Of a stretch of DNA of 64,000 nt, positions 14,197-23,587 are shown in pieces. The translations under genes were made by a program, and so were the position numbers. Within the stretch, counting starts at the first letter, position 1; every line of letters begins with the position of its first letter. The stretch spans positions 1,568,001 through 1,632,000 of the forward strand of contig CAWKDB010000010.1 of NCBI GenBank assembly GCA_963848295.1, given 5' to 3'. The notes beneath the pieces are model-generated. The model saw only the letters and a program-made list of their open reading frames with translations. It had not been told where the DNA came from and made no database searches. Source of the DNA: an uncultured delta proteobacterium (lineage in GTDB: Bacteria > Myxococcota_A > Polyangia > Haliangiales > Haliangiaceae).

Positions 14197-16532
14197 GCCG
14201 CACCTCCGAGCAACACTTGCAGTTGTTCGACGACGCTCGAGGCGGTCGCCTGCCCTTTGACGACGATCGCCTGCGCGCTCTGCGCGAGACGCGCACAGTC
14301 GGCCGCATCGAGCTCTTTGACGGTCCAGATCAGCACCGGCGTGCGTGCATGCTGCGGCAACCGGCGAAACCGGTCGAGAAATTCGATGCCGTCCATCTCG
14401 GGCATCACGAGGTCGAGCACGACGGCAGCGGGGCGCAGCTGCTCGGCCGCCACCAGCGCGCTCGCACCCGTGGTGCGCGTGATCGCGGCGAACCCGAGCT
14501 GGCCGAGCGTCACATCCATCAGGCGCAGCGCGCTCGGATCGTCATCGACCACGAGCACGCCGCCCTTCGCATCCGGCTTGACGCCTGCGGTGCGGAGCGC
14601 GGCGAGCACGCGCTCGCGCGTGAACGGCTTGTGTAGGACGTCCGCGACCGAGAATCCCGCGACTACACGCTGGTTCGCGACGACGGTGACCACGACGATC
14701 GGCAGCGCGTGCGTTCTTTGATCGCCGCGCAGCGCGCTCAGCAGCTCGAGCCCGGTCATGTCGGGCAGCAGCAGATCCAAGGTGGCGCCGTCGAACGTTC
14801 GTTCGGCACAGCGAGCCAGCGCTTCGGAGCCAGTCGCCGCGGTCTCGACCGCATAGCCCGCCGAGGTCAGGGTCGCGACCAGCAGCTCGCGGTCGCGTTC
14901 GTCGTCCTCGACGACCAGGATCGTCGGCGAACCGCTCTCGATCCGCGGCGACGGGGGGGTGACCACCGCCGCGGTCGTCGACTTCCCGCGCCGCGGCAAC
15001 GTCGCGAAGAACACGCTCCCGGTGCCGGGCATGCTTTGAACGCCGACCGTGCCGCCTTGTGCTTCGACGAGCTTGCGGGTCAACGCGAGCCCGAGACCGG
15101 TACCTTGGTGGCGCTTCGCGGTCCCCGCTTCGAGCTGGTGGAAATCGAGGAACAGCCGGCTGATGTCACTAGGCGCGATGCCGATGCCGGTGTCGGCGAC
15201 CTCGAGCCGGAAGGCCGCGTCGCCCTCGGCGGTCACGCGGACGCGGACGCTGCCACCGTTGGGCGTGAACTTCAGCGCGTTCGACAAGTAGTTGTAGGCG
15301 ACCTGCTTGAGCCGCGCCGGGTCGAGGACGATGCCGACGAGGCTCGGATCGACGAACGTCGTGACGTGGATCTTCTTGATCGCTGCGGTCGTGCGCGTGA
15401 TCGCGACGACTTCGCCGATCACCTTGTCGAGCTCGATCGCCTCGGGTCGGAAGTCGAGCTTGCCCGCCTCGACCTTCGCGAGATCGAGGACGTCGTTGAT
15501 CAGCTGGAGCAGGTGACGACCGCTGGTCAGGATGTCGCCGAGGAACTCGCCGTGCTCCGGTGACCCCGCCGCGACTTGGCCGTAGTGCAACAGCTCCGCG
15601 AAGCCGATGATCGCGTTGAGCGGCGTGCGCAGCTCGTGTGACATGTTCGCGAGGAATTCGCTCTTGAGTCGGTTCGCCTCCTGGATCCGGCGATTCTCGA
15701 GCTCGAGATCCGCGGAGCGCCGCCTGATCTCCTCGGCGCGCCTGCGCTCGCGCAGGTCGGTCATCGACACCCGGATCAACCGCTGGTTCGACGCGGGCAG
15801 GAGGCCGAAGCTGACCTCGCACGGCAGCTCGGCGCCGGTCTTGTCGCGGAACATGAACTCGCCGGTCACGATCTCGCCCTGCACCGCGCGCGCGATGTGC
15901 TCGACGATCACCTCGCGCGAAGGCCGGCCGTCAGGTTGATGCTCCGGCGTCAACCGCCCGAGCTTGTTGCCGAGCAGATCTTCGCGCGTGTAGCCGAACA
16001 GCTTGAGCATCGCGGCGTTGACGTCGACGGTCTGGAACTTGTCGATGTCGTACGTGATGACCGGTTCGGGCGCGAGCTCGAACGCGGCGCGATAGCGCTG
16101 CTCGGCGAACCTTAGCTCGCGCTCCGTCGCGATCCGGTCGCGGCGCTCCTGGGTCTCGCGCAGCGCGCGTTCGACGGCCGGCACGAACCGCCGCGGCTTG
16201 TCCTTCGACAAGAAGTCGAGCGCGCCCGCGTGCAGCGCGGCGACCGCGACCTCTTCGTTCGGCGTCCCCGAGATCACGATACACGGCAGATCGAGGCCGC
16301 GCTGGGAGAGCAGCTGCAGCGTCGCGAGCCCGCCGAACCCCGGCATCATCCAGTCGGTGACCAGCAGATCCCACGACCGATCGAGCGCCGCGCTCAGCGC
16401 AGCCGCGGTCGCGACGCGCTCGGCCTCGACCGTGTAACCAGCCTTGATCAGCTCGCGAACGAGCAACGTGAAGTCATCCTCGGAGTCCTCGACCACGAGG
16501 AGCCGCAAGCGAGCCGGTTCAATTGGCGCCAT
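14193..16532 (-). CDS. Hybrid histidine kinase REC-PAS-HisKA-HATPase-REC-REC
   Basis: FLANMSHELRTPLN, NYLSNALKFT, GTGLGL; three receiver domains. Confidence 0.92.
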   Translation of the reverse strand: MAPIEPARLRLLVVEDSEDDFTLLVRELIKAGYTVEAERVATAAALSAALDRSWDLLVTDWMMPGFGGLATLQLLSQRGLDLPCIVISGTPNEEVAVAALHAGALDFLSKDKPRRFVPAVERALRETQERRDRIATERELRFAEQRYRAAFELAPEPVITYDIDKFQTVDVNAAMLKLFGYTREDLLGNKLGRLTPEHQPDGRPSREVIVEHIARAVQGEIVTGEFMFRDKTGAELPCEVSFGLLPASNQRLIRVSMTDLRERRRAEEIRRRSADLELENRRIQEANRLKSEFLANMSHELRTPLNAIIGFAELLHYGQVAAGSPEHGEFLGDILTSGRHLLQLINDVLDLAKVEAGKLDFRPEAIELDKVIGEVVAITRTTAAIKKIHVTTFVDPSLVGIVLDPARLKQVAYNYLSNALKFTPNGGSVRVRVTAEGDAAFRLEVADTGIGIAPSDISRLFLDFHQLEAGTAKRHQGTGLGLALTRKLVEAQGGTVGVQSMPGTGSVFFATLPRRGKSTTAAVVTPPSPRIESGSPTILVVEDDERDRELLVATLTSAGYAVETAATGSEALARCAERTFDGATLDLLLPDMTGLELLSALRGDQRTHALPIVVVTVVANQRVVAGFSVADVLHKPFTRERVLAALRTAGVKPDAKGGVLVVDDDPSALRLMDVTLGQLGFAAITRTTGASALVAAEQLRPAAVVLDLVMPEMDGIEFLDRFRRLPQHARTPVLIWTVKELDAADCARLAQSAQAIVVKGQATASSVVEQLQVLLGGAA

Positions 16533-16704
16533 TCACCTGCCCCGACCAACGATAGGGCGATCGCCCCTCGCGAACAAGCTGTGAGACGCGGCTAGCTCAC
16601 AGCTACCCGAGCGGAGTCGGGCCGGCGTAAACCTATACGCGCGAACTGGCCGATCATGCTGTCCGGCGGGACGGGTCGCGGTCGCTCACCTGGCGCCGGT
16701 TATC

Positions 16705-17508
16705 TTACAGCGCGCCCAAGAACTGCTCGATCGCCGCGGTTACCGCGGCCGGTTCTTCGACCGACGAGCTGTGGCCGGCGCGCGGGATGCGCACGAGCTT
16801 CGCACCGGCGATCGCAGCGACGAGCGCTTCGGCCTTCGCCGGCACGGTCGCGACGTCTTCTTCACCCACGACGACGAGCGTCGGAGCCGAGATCCGCGCG
16901 AGCTCGCCCGCGACTCCAACGCGATCGATCACGCCGTTGACCGCGCGCCAGATGTCGCGCCTGCGCTCCATCACGGCTTGGATCTTCGCGAGCTCGTGCT
17001 TGCGCGCCGGATCGTTGAGGATCGTCTTGCCGAGCATGATCGGGCCGACACGACGGCGCACGATGCGATTGCCGAGCGCGCGCGTCACCGCGGTCAACGC
17101 GCGATATTTGCCGACGTTCTCGATCGGCTCGGGATCCGCCGAGGTCTCGAGCAAGATCAACGACCGCACGAGGTCGGGGCGACGCGCGCCCATCCGCATC
17201 GCGACGAAGCCGCCCATCGACAACCCCGCGAAGTGGACCGGGCCGCCCGCGACCCGATCGAGCAGCGCCGCCGCGTCGCTCCACACCGTCTCGAGATCGA
17301 TGCAGTGCCGCCGATCCGCGGCGCTCTTGCCTTGGCCGCGATGGTCCCACGCGATGCAGCGATAGCGATCTCGCAACGCAGCGACCTGCGGCGCGAACAG
17401 CTCGGTGCTCCATAACAGGCCGTGGCTAAACGCGATCGTTTCGCCGGTCGAGCCCGGCCCGGTGTCCTCGTAGTAAAGCTCGGTGTCGTTGACCGCGATC
17501 GTGGGCAT
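16705..17508 (-). CDS. Alpha/beta-fold hydrolase (enol-lactonase-like)
   Basis: HGL, DHRGQG, GLSMGG nucleophile elbow, GEED, AGH. Confidence 0.9.
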   Translation of the reverse strand: MPTIAVNDTELYYEDTGPGSTGETIAFSHGLLWSTELFAPQVAALRDRYRCIAWDHRGQGKSAADRRHCIDLETVWSDAAALLDRVAGGPVHFAGLSMGGFVAMRMGARRPDLVRSLILLETSADPEPIENVGKYRALTAVTRALGNRIVRRRVGPIMLGKTILNDPARKHELAKIQAVMERRRDIWRAVNGVIDRVGVAGELARISAPTLVVVGEEDVATVPAKAEALVAAIAGAKLVRIPRAGHSSSVEEPAAVTAAIEQFLGAL

Positions 17509-17576
17509 GGCGCGGATTGTCGTCGAACCCGATGATCAGATGGAAGATCGGGTCAACTCGCCTGTATGATAACGCA

Positions 17577-17909
17577 ATGGCCGAGCAACAAGACCTGGTC
17601 TCCGACGAGCTCCTCGAGGTCGATGTCGAGCAGGGGATCGAGTCCGACAAGGAGCGCACGGGCGACTCCGAGCATGAAGGCGCCGGCGTTCATGCGCTGA
17701 ATCGGCTGATCGCGCGCACCGGCATGCCCGATGTCGCCGATGTCGTTCATTTGATGGAGCGGTTCCCGAAGCACCAAGACGCGATGCTCCGCGAGCTGCA
17801 CCGCAAGCTCGGCAACACGTACGTCCAGCAAGTCTCGAACGCGCTCGTCATCCAGCGCGCCGCGCACCCCGACCGGTACGACGAGAACGCTCCCGACGCT
17901 CCCGAGTAA
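17577..17909 (+). CDS. Hypothetical acidic protein
   Basis: Host-like codon use; TATGAT -10 box 6 nt upstream of ATG. Confidence 0.7.
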   Translation: MAEQQDLVSDELLEVDVEQGIESDKERTGDSEHEGAGVHALNRLIARTGMPDVADVVHLMERFPKHQDAMLRELHRKLGNTYVQQVSNALVIQRAAHPDRYDENAPDAPE

Positions 17910-17936
17910 CCGTAAGTTCGCTACGATGCGGCTCGG

Positions 17937-18719
17937 ATGTGCGAGTTGCTCGGTATGGAGTGCAACGTCCCGACGGACATCGTGTTCTCGTTCTCGGGAC
18001 TCGCTTTGCGGGGTGGCGCGAAGGGACCGCACGCGGACGGCTGGGGCCTCGCACTCTACGACGGCCGCGCGGCTCGCACGTTCCTCGAGCCGCACGCCGC
18101 CGCGAGCTCTCCGCTCGCTGACTACGTCCGCGCCCATCCGATCAAGACGCTGCTCGCGATCGCACACGTCCGCAAAAGGACGCGCGGCCGGGTGTGTCTC
18201 GCGAACACGCATCCGTTCGTGCGCGAGCTGTGGGGGCGGACGTTCACGTTCGCGCACAACGGCACGGTCAAGGGGGTGCGGTCGCAGTCGACCGGTCGGT
18301 TCACGCCGATCGGCGACACCGACAGCGAGCACGCGTTCTGTGTCTTGCTCGAGGCGCTGCGCCGGCGCTGGTCGAGCTATCCGAAGCGACCGAGCGAGCT
18401 GTGGCGCGCCGTCGCCGAGATCGGCGGCCGGCTCGGCCGCCGCGGCACGTTCAATTTTCTACTCGGCGACGGCACGCACTTGTACGCGCGCTGCGCCACG
18501 AAGCTCTGCTATGTGATCCGCAAGGCGCCGTTCACGCAAGCGACGCTCGCCGACGACGATCTCACGGTAGACTTTGCTCGCGTGACCAACCCCGCCGACA
18601 GAGTCGCGATCGTCGCGACCGCGCCGCTGACGCGCGACGAGCACTGGACGATCGGCGCACCGGGCTCGTTGTGGGTGTTTCGCGGCGGGGCGCTGCGCGG
18701 GACGCTCGCATCGACATGA
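17937..18719 (+). CDS. Class II glutamine amidotransferase (YafJ/EgtC-like)
   Basis: MCELLG N-terminal Cys, HADGWG, NTHPF, FAHNGT, GDTDSE. Confidence 0.92.
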   Translation: MCELLGMECNVPTDIVFSFSGLALRGGAKGPHADGWGLALYDGRAARTFLEPHAAASSPLADYVRAHPIKTLLAIAHVRKRTRGRVCLANTHPFVRELWGRTFTFAHNGTVKGVRSQSTGRFTPIGDTDSEHAFCVLLEALRRRWSSYPKRPSELWRAVAEIGGRLGRRGTFNFLLGDGTHLYARCATKLCYVIRKAPFTQATLADDDLTVDFARVTNPADRVAIVATAPLTRDEHWTIGAPGSLWVFRGGALRGTLAST

Positions 18720-20080
18720 TGGCCCGTGTCCTGTTCACGCTCGCGACCGCGGCGCTGTGCTCGGCACCGACGTGCGGCGGATCGGCGCCCGCGGTCGATT
18801 GCGCGGGCGATCCGGGAACGTGCCGGACGACCTGCGGCTATGGCTCCGGCGATCTCGCGACGCTGACGCTGTCGGACTTCACGGCGCTCGGCGACCAGAT
18901 CCCGATCGACACGATCGTGCTCGTGATGCAGGAGAACCGCACGTTCGATTCGTATTTCTCGTCGTTGACCGTGCCGGGTCAGACCGTCGATGGCGCGGCG
19001 CCCGACGCGACGAACCCGGATCCGACGATGCCGGGCGCGACCGTCTCGCGGTTCCACCAAACGGCGGCTTGCTTCGACAACCCGGCCGAGAGCTGGGACG
19101 AAGTCCATCGCGAAGTCGATGGCGGCGCGCTCGACGGCTTCACGACGCAGAACGCGCTGTCCGATGCCGCCGATCCGCAGGGCCTGCGCTCGATGGGTTA
19201 CTACGACGAGACCGATCTGCCGTACTACTACGCGCTCGCGCGCGCCTGGGCGATCTCCGACCGCCACTTCGCCTCGGTGCTCGCGAACACGTTCACGAAT
19301 CGGCTGTTCTACATGGCCGGCACCGCGTACGGCATCACGTCGAACGTCGTACCGCCCCAGACCGCGCCCGACGGCAGCGTGTTGCCGAACCTGTTCACAC
19401 GGCTCGACGACGCGAACATCACATGGGCGTTCTACGCGCAGGATGCGGCGAGCCTCGCGCTGTTGACGCAGACCTGGGCGAAGAACCTCGCGCACGTCCT
19501 GCCGCTCGACCAATTCGCGACCGATGCCGCGGCCGGGGCGCTGCCGCAGGTCGTGTTTGTCGAAGGCTCCGACATGCTCGGCGGTGCCTCGCCCGACGAG
19601 GATCCGCCGGCGGATTTCCAGGCCGGCCAGGCGTTCGTGTCCACGGTCGTGAGCGAAGTGACGAGCTCGCCGCAGTGGCCGCACCTCGCGATGTTCTTCA
19701 GCTACGACGAGCAAGGCGGGTTGTACGACCACGTCCCGCCGCCCGCCGCGTGCATTCCGGACGATCTGCCGCCGATGATCGACAGCGGTGGCGTCGATGC
19801 CGCATACGACAGCTACGGACTGCGCGTACCGCTGTTCGTGATCTCGCCCTACGCGAAGCGCGGCTACGTGTCGCACGAGGTCACCGATCACACGAGCATC
19901 CTGCGCTTCATCGAGGCGCGGTTCGGGCTGCCGGCGCTCACTCATCGCGACGCGAACGCGGTGCCGCCGTTCGACATGTTCGACTTCGCGAATCCCGACA
20001 CGTCGGTGCCGAGCCTGCCGACGCCGACCGTCGACCAGACCCAGCTCGCGGCATGCGCGTCGAAATATCCCAAGTCCTAG
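18716..20080 (+). CDS. Secreted phospholipase C / phosphoesterase family protein
   Basis: LVMQENRTFDSYF, SMGYYD..LPYY, YDEQGGLYDHVPP, GLRVP, DHTSILRFIE. Confidence 0.9.
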   Translation: MMARVLFTLATAALCSAPTCGGSAPAVDCAGDPGTCRTTCGYGSGDLATLTLSDFTALGDQIPIDTIVLVMQENRTFDSYFSSLTVPGQTVDGAAPDATNPDPTMPGATVSRFHQTAACFDNPAESWDEVHREVDGGALDGFTTQNALSDAADPQGLRSMGYYDETDLPYYYALARAWAISDRHFASVLANTFTNRLFYMAGTAYGITSNVVPPQTAPDGSVLPNLFTRLDDANITWAFYAQDAASLALLTQTWAKNLAHVLPLDQFATDAAAGALPQVVFVEGSDMLGGASPDEDPPADFQAGQAFVSTVVSEVTSSPQWPHLAMFFSYDEQGGLYDHVPPPAACIPDDLPPMIDSGGVDAAYDSYGLRVPLFVISPYAKRGYVSHEVTDHTSILRFIEARFGLPALTHRDANAVPPFDMFDFANPDTSVPSLPTPTVDQTQLAACASKYPKS

Positions 20081-21207
20081 TCGTGCTCGCCGGGTGTGGC
20101 GCGGCGATCCCCGAGCTGCCGAGCAAGGGGGGGCCGGCGTGGACCGAGCTGACGAGCGACCACTTCACGCTGTGGACCGATGCGGCGATCCCCCAGGCGA
20201 CCGCGCTGATCCAAGGCATGGAGGATCTGCGCGAAGCCGAGACCGGCGTCGCATTTCACGGCGTCTCGCCGGTCGGCCGCAGCTTCGTCATCGCGCTCGC
20301 CGATCGCGACGAGCTCCACGCGTTCGTCCCCACGCAGTTCGAGGCGTACGCCGCCACGATGGAGGGCGCGTTCAGCCAACCGATGATCGTGCTCGCCGCG
20401 TCCGACGACGTGACGACCGGCATCGCGGCGCACGAGCTGACCCACGTGATCTCGCACTCGGTGATGCGCTATCAGCCGCGGTGGTTCTCGGAGGGGATGG
20501 CGAAGTATTTCGAGACGATCCGGATCGATCACGCGAGCGGCAGCGTCATCGTGGGAGCGCCACCGGTCGAAGCGCCGTTGCATCGGCTGATGCCGCTGCG
20601 CTCGATGCTCGAATGCAACGAGGTCTCGTGTCTCGACGCCGGGTTCTATGCGACGGCATGGGCGGTGTACACGTTCTTGTCGAACGTCCATCCCGACGAT
20701 CTCGCGAAGCTCGAGCGCGGCATGCAGGAGACGCACGGCGATCCGACCGCGGCGTGGCACGACGTGTTCGGCACACAGACCGCCGAGATCGAGGGCGAGC
20801 TCTACGACTGGCTCGATACCGGGCGGCACCTCGAGCTGCGCTACCACTCGACGTTCCACGACTGGCCGGTCACCCAGCGCGTGCTCCGCGACGCCGATGT
20901 CGACGCGGTGCGCGGCTTGCTCCACTGGATCTTCGGTCGCCCGCTCGCCGCGACGACCGAGGTCCATGCCGCGCTCGCCGCCGATCCGACGAACGTCCTC
21001 GCGCGCCTCGTGTCGGTTGCGGTCGGCCTACCGATCTCGGTCGCGGAGGCGCGCGCGCTCGTCAAGGCTCACGATGATGACTGGCGCGCCTGGTTCTTGC
21101 TGTTCCATGTCGTCGCCGGCGATGAGCAAAGCATGGCACACGCCGAAGTGTGCGGCTTGCTCGCCGAGAATCCGGTGATCACGCCTCCGCTGAAGTGCCC
21201 GCCCTAG
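20053..21207 (+). CDS. Lipoprotein with gluzincin-type metallopeptidase domain (DUF1570-like)
   Basis: Lipobox LAGC, AHELTH, PRWFSEGMAKYFET, FYATAWA. Confidence 0.78.
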   Translation: MRVEISQVLVVLAGCGAAIPELPSKGGPAWTELTSDHFTLWTDAAIPQATALIQGMEDLREAETGVAFHGVSPVGRSFVIALADRDELHAFVPTQFEAYAATMEGAFSQPMIVLAASDDVTTGIAAHELTHVISHSVMRYQPRWFSEGMAKYFETIRIDHASGSVIVGAPPVEAPLHRLMPLRSMLECNEVSCLDAGFYATAWAVYTFLSNVHPDDLAKLERGMQETHGDPTAAWHDVFGTQTAEIEGELYDWLDTGRHLELRYHSTFHDWPVTQRVLRDADVDAVRGLLHWIFGRPLAATTEVHAALAADPTNVLARLVSVAVGLPISVAEARALVKAHDDDWRAWFLLFHVVAGDEQSMAHAEVCGLLAENPVITPPLKCPP

Positions 21208-21743
21208 GTTCTCGCGAGGTCACGCAAGGCGAGCACGGTGCGCCAGTTGCGAAGCGTGCAGGTCGTCGCGAGCGCCTTGTCGAAGTAGGCGTTCGTCAGC
21301 TTGGTCTTGCCGACGCCGCGCGGGAGATGAAAGTAGATCTCGCGGCCCACGACGGCGAACGCGTCGCCCGGCGATCGGTTCGGCTCGAGCGACGCGATCG
21401 CGGCGGCGGTCGGACGGGTGGTGAGAAAGCCGACGTGCACGAGATCGGCAGCGACCCCGGCGGCGAGGTACGGGTTGTGCGTCGTGATCGCTTCGAGCTC
21501 GGCGCCACTGCGTACGGTCAGCGGCGGTCTGAATCCGAACGCGCGTTCGATCGCGGCGCCGAGCTTCTGCGGCAGCTGCTTCGCGACCGCGGCGGTCGCC
21601 TGGAACGCGAGGTTGCCGCTTTGAATGTACGTCTGGACCTCGGCCGCGCCGGCGCGCTTGCACAGCTCGACGAGCTGCTTCATCGGCAAGAGGTTGTTGC
21701 CGCCGACGTTGATGCCTCGAAGTAGCGCGACGTAGGCCGCCAT
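21204..21743 (-). CDS. DUF1697 family protein
   Basis: YVALLRGINVGG, TYIQSGN, TLRNWRTV. Confidence 0.92.
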   Translation of the reverse strand: MAAYVALLRGINVGGNNLLPMKQLVELCKRAGAAEVQTYIQSGNLAFQATAAVAKQLPQKLGAAIERAFGFRPPLTVRSGAELEAITTHNPYLAAGVAADLVHVGFLTTRPTAAAIASLEPNRSPGDAFAVVGREIYFHLPRGVGKTKLTNAYFDKALATTCTLRNWRTVLALRDLART

Positions 21744-21768
21744 GCGCGCATGGTAGTAGAGTCTGCCC

Positions 21769-22620
21769 ATGATCGCATTCCTCGGCATGGGCTTACTCGG
21801 TTCGAACTTCGTCAAGGCGTTGCGCAAGCGCGGCGAAGCGGTCCAGGTGTGGAATCGCTCGCCGGCGCGCGCGACCGCGCTCGATCCGATCGGAGCGCGG
21901 TCGTTCGCGAGCGCGGCTGATGCGGTGCGCGGCGCCGCCCGCGTGCATCTCACGCTCAAGGACGACGCCGCGGTCGACGACGTGCTCGAAGCGGCGCGCG
22001 GCGGGCTCGCTGCAGGCGCGGTGATCGTCGATCACACGACGACGTCGGCGGCCGGTACGCTCGCTCGGATCGCGCGGTGGCGGGAGCGCGGCATCACGTA
22101 CGTCCACGCGCCGGTGTTCATGGGCCCGCAGAACGCGCGCGAGTCGACCGGCATCATGATGATCTCCGGCGCGCGCGCGGCCGTCGATCCGCTGCGCGAG
22201 CCGCTCGCCGCGATGACCGGCAAGCTCGTCGACCTCGGCGAGCGACCCGACGCCGGTGCGGCGTTCAAGCTGCTCGGCAATTCATTCTTGATGGCGCTGA
22301 CCGCAGGGATCGCCGATGTCCTCGCGCTCGCGAAGGTCCACGGCGTGACCAGCGACCAAGCCGCCACGCTGTTCGAGTTCTTCAACCCCGCCGGGCTGAT
22401 CGCACCGCGGATGAAGCGGATGGCCGAGGGTGCTTTTGGCGACCCGTCGTGGGAGCTCGCGATGGCGCGCAAGGACGCCGGCTTGATGCTCGAGGCGGCC
22501 GCCGCGGCGCACACCTCGTTGATCGTCACACCCGCGATCGCGGCACGCATGGACGCGGCGATCGCGACGGGCCACGGCGCCGACGACTGGACCGTCATCG
22601 CGGTCGAGCCGACCCGCTAA
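21769..22620 (+). CDS. NAD(P)-dependent oxidoreductase, 3-hydroxyisobutyrate dehydrogenase family
   Basis: FLGMGLLG, WNRS, HAPVFMG, FKLLGN, ARKDA. Confidence 0.9.
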   Translation: MIAFLGMGLLGSNFVKALRKRGEAVQVWNRSPARATALDPIGARSFASAADAVRGAARVHLTLKDDAAVDDVLEAARGGLAAGAVIVDHTTTSAAGTLARIARWRERGITYVHAPVFMGPQNARESTGIMMISGARAAVDPLREPLAAMTGKLVDLGERPDAGAAFKLLGNSFLMALTAGIADVLALAKVHGVTSDQAATLFEFFNPAGLIAPRMKRMAEGAFGDPSWELAMARKDAGLMLEAAAAAHTSLIVTPAIAARMDAAIATGHGADDWTVIAVEPTR

Positions 22621-22743
22621 GTCACGTTGCAGATGTCGGGCGAGGCATGTTGCCGCCTCGCGACACCCGGCTCGGTCCGTGGCGCTGGCACCACAGCAAA
22701 GGTCGGACGTTGGCCGGCGAACCGCGGCAGGCCCGTACCGATC

Positions 22744-22759
22744 TGGCGTGACGCTTGCT
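22744..22759 (+). promoter_or_regulatory. Sigma54 -24/-12 promoter
   Basis: TGGCGTGACGCTTGCT; 14 nt from the -12 C to ATG 22773. Confidence 0.65.
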
Positions 22760-22772
22760 GTGACCCCCCGAC

Positions 22773-23276
22773 ATGTCCGTTCGGTTTGCCGCGATCGTCA
22801 CCTCCATCGGCCTCGGTCTCGCGGGCTGCAAGGGCATGGGAGGCTTCGCGTCGGGGCTCGGCCATGTCGCGTCGGGGCTCGGCCATGTCGCGTCGGGGCT
22901 CGGCCACGTCGCGGGCAGTGTCGCGGTCGCGGCGGCTCGAGCGGCGCCGGCCATCGCGCGCGCTACGCCGCTCGTCGCTCGCGCCGCAGGCCAGGCGATC
23001 CCGGTCGCCCTGCGAGTCACCGAGACGGTCGCCGAGGCGGTCGCGTTGGCGAGCGACACCTCGGGCGACGATGATCAGCCAGCGTCCGAGGCGGCGGCGT
23101 CGGAGTCGGACTCGGCGCCGTCGTCGGGCGAGAACGACGTTCCCGGGGCGCCCGGCGCCTACGACCCGTGCGTATCGTGCCCGGACGCGATGCCGTGCGA
23201 AGCGTGCATGGGCTGGAACAACAACGCCTGCCGCGACACGCCGGGCGGCGCGCTGCTGCGCTGCGAATCGCAGTGA
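22773..23276 (+). CDS. Lipoprotein with (ASGLGHV)3 repeat and Cys-rich C-terminus
   Basis: Lipobox LAGC; acidic linker; six Cys at the C-terminus. Confidence 0.7.
   Translation: MSVRFAAIVTSIGLGLAGCKGMGGFASGLGHVASGLGHVASGLGHVAGSVAVAAARAAPAIARATPLVARAAGQAIPVALRVTETVAEAVALASDTSGDDDQPASEAAASESDSAPSSGENDVPGAPGAYDPCVSCPDAMPCEACMGWNNNACRDTPGGALLRCESQ
22846..22913 (+). repeat. 21-bp tandem repeat, about 3.2 copies
   Basis: TCGCGTCGGGGCTCGGCCATG repeated, third copy with one mismatch. Confidence 0.9.
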
Positions 23277-23277
23277 C

Positions 23278-23559
23278 CTAGAAGCAGCAGGAGTCGCGGT
23301 AGCCGCAGGCCGGGCACTTGTAGTGCGCGTGCTCGGGCTGCATCTGCGTGTTGCAGCTCGGGCAGATCGTCGACAAGTCGGCCGAACGCCCGACGCGTAG
23401 CTCCGCCGAAGGCGGTGCGGAGGTCATCGACAGGTCGCAGCTCGGCCGGCGGGGAGGCTCGGCGACGACCTCGGGTGGCCGGGTGACCGCGTTCGGCGCG
23501 ATCGTGGCGACCGCCGCAAACCGGGACGGGGGCAAGGTACCGCGTGGGAATCGCTCCAT
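23278..23559 (-). CDS. Small zinc-ribbon protein (start uncertain)
   Basis: C-terminal CPSC..EHAHYKCPACGYRDSCCF; TAGGGC -10-like box 6 nt before ATG 23559. Confidence 0.65.
   Translation of the reverse strand: MERFPRGTLPPSRFAAVATIAPNAVTRPPEVVAEPPRRPSCDLSMTSAPPSAELRVGRSADLSTICPSCNTQMQPEHAHYKCPACGYRDSCCF
23370..23431 (-). repeat. 57-bp structured intragenic repeat, copy D (divergent)
   Basis: GTCGATGACCTCCGCACCGCCTTCGGCGGAGCTACGCGTCGGGCGTTCGGCCGACTT followed by GTCGA; period exactly 57. Confidence 0.65.
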
Positions 23560-23587
23560 GGCCGAGCCCTAGCACAGCGGTCTGACG

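Noticed and set aside
18757..20052. N-terminal 432 aa of the 816-aa ORF; likewise the extensions of ORFs starting at 18194, 52408 and 42830
   Set aside because: Off-frame read-through of upstream genes; signal peptides, lipoboxes or domain boundaries mark later starts.
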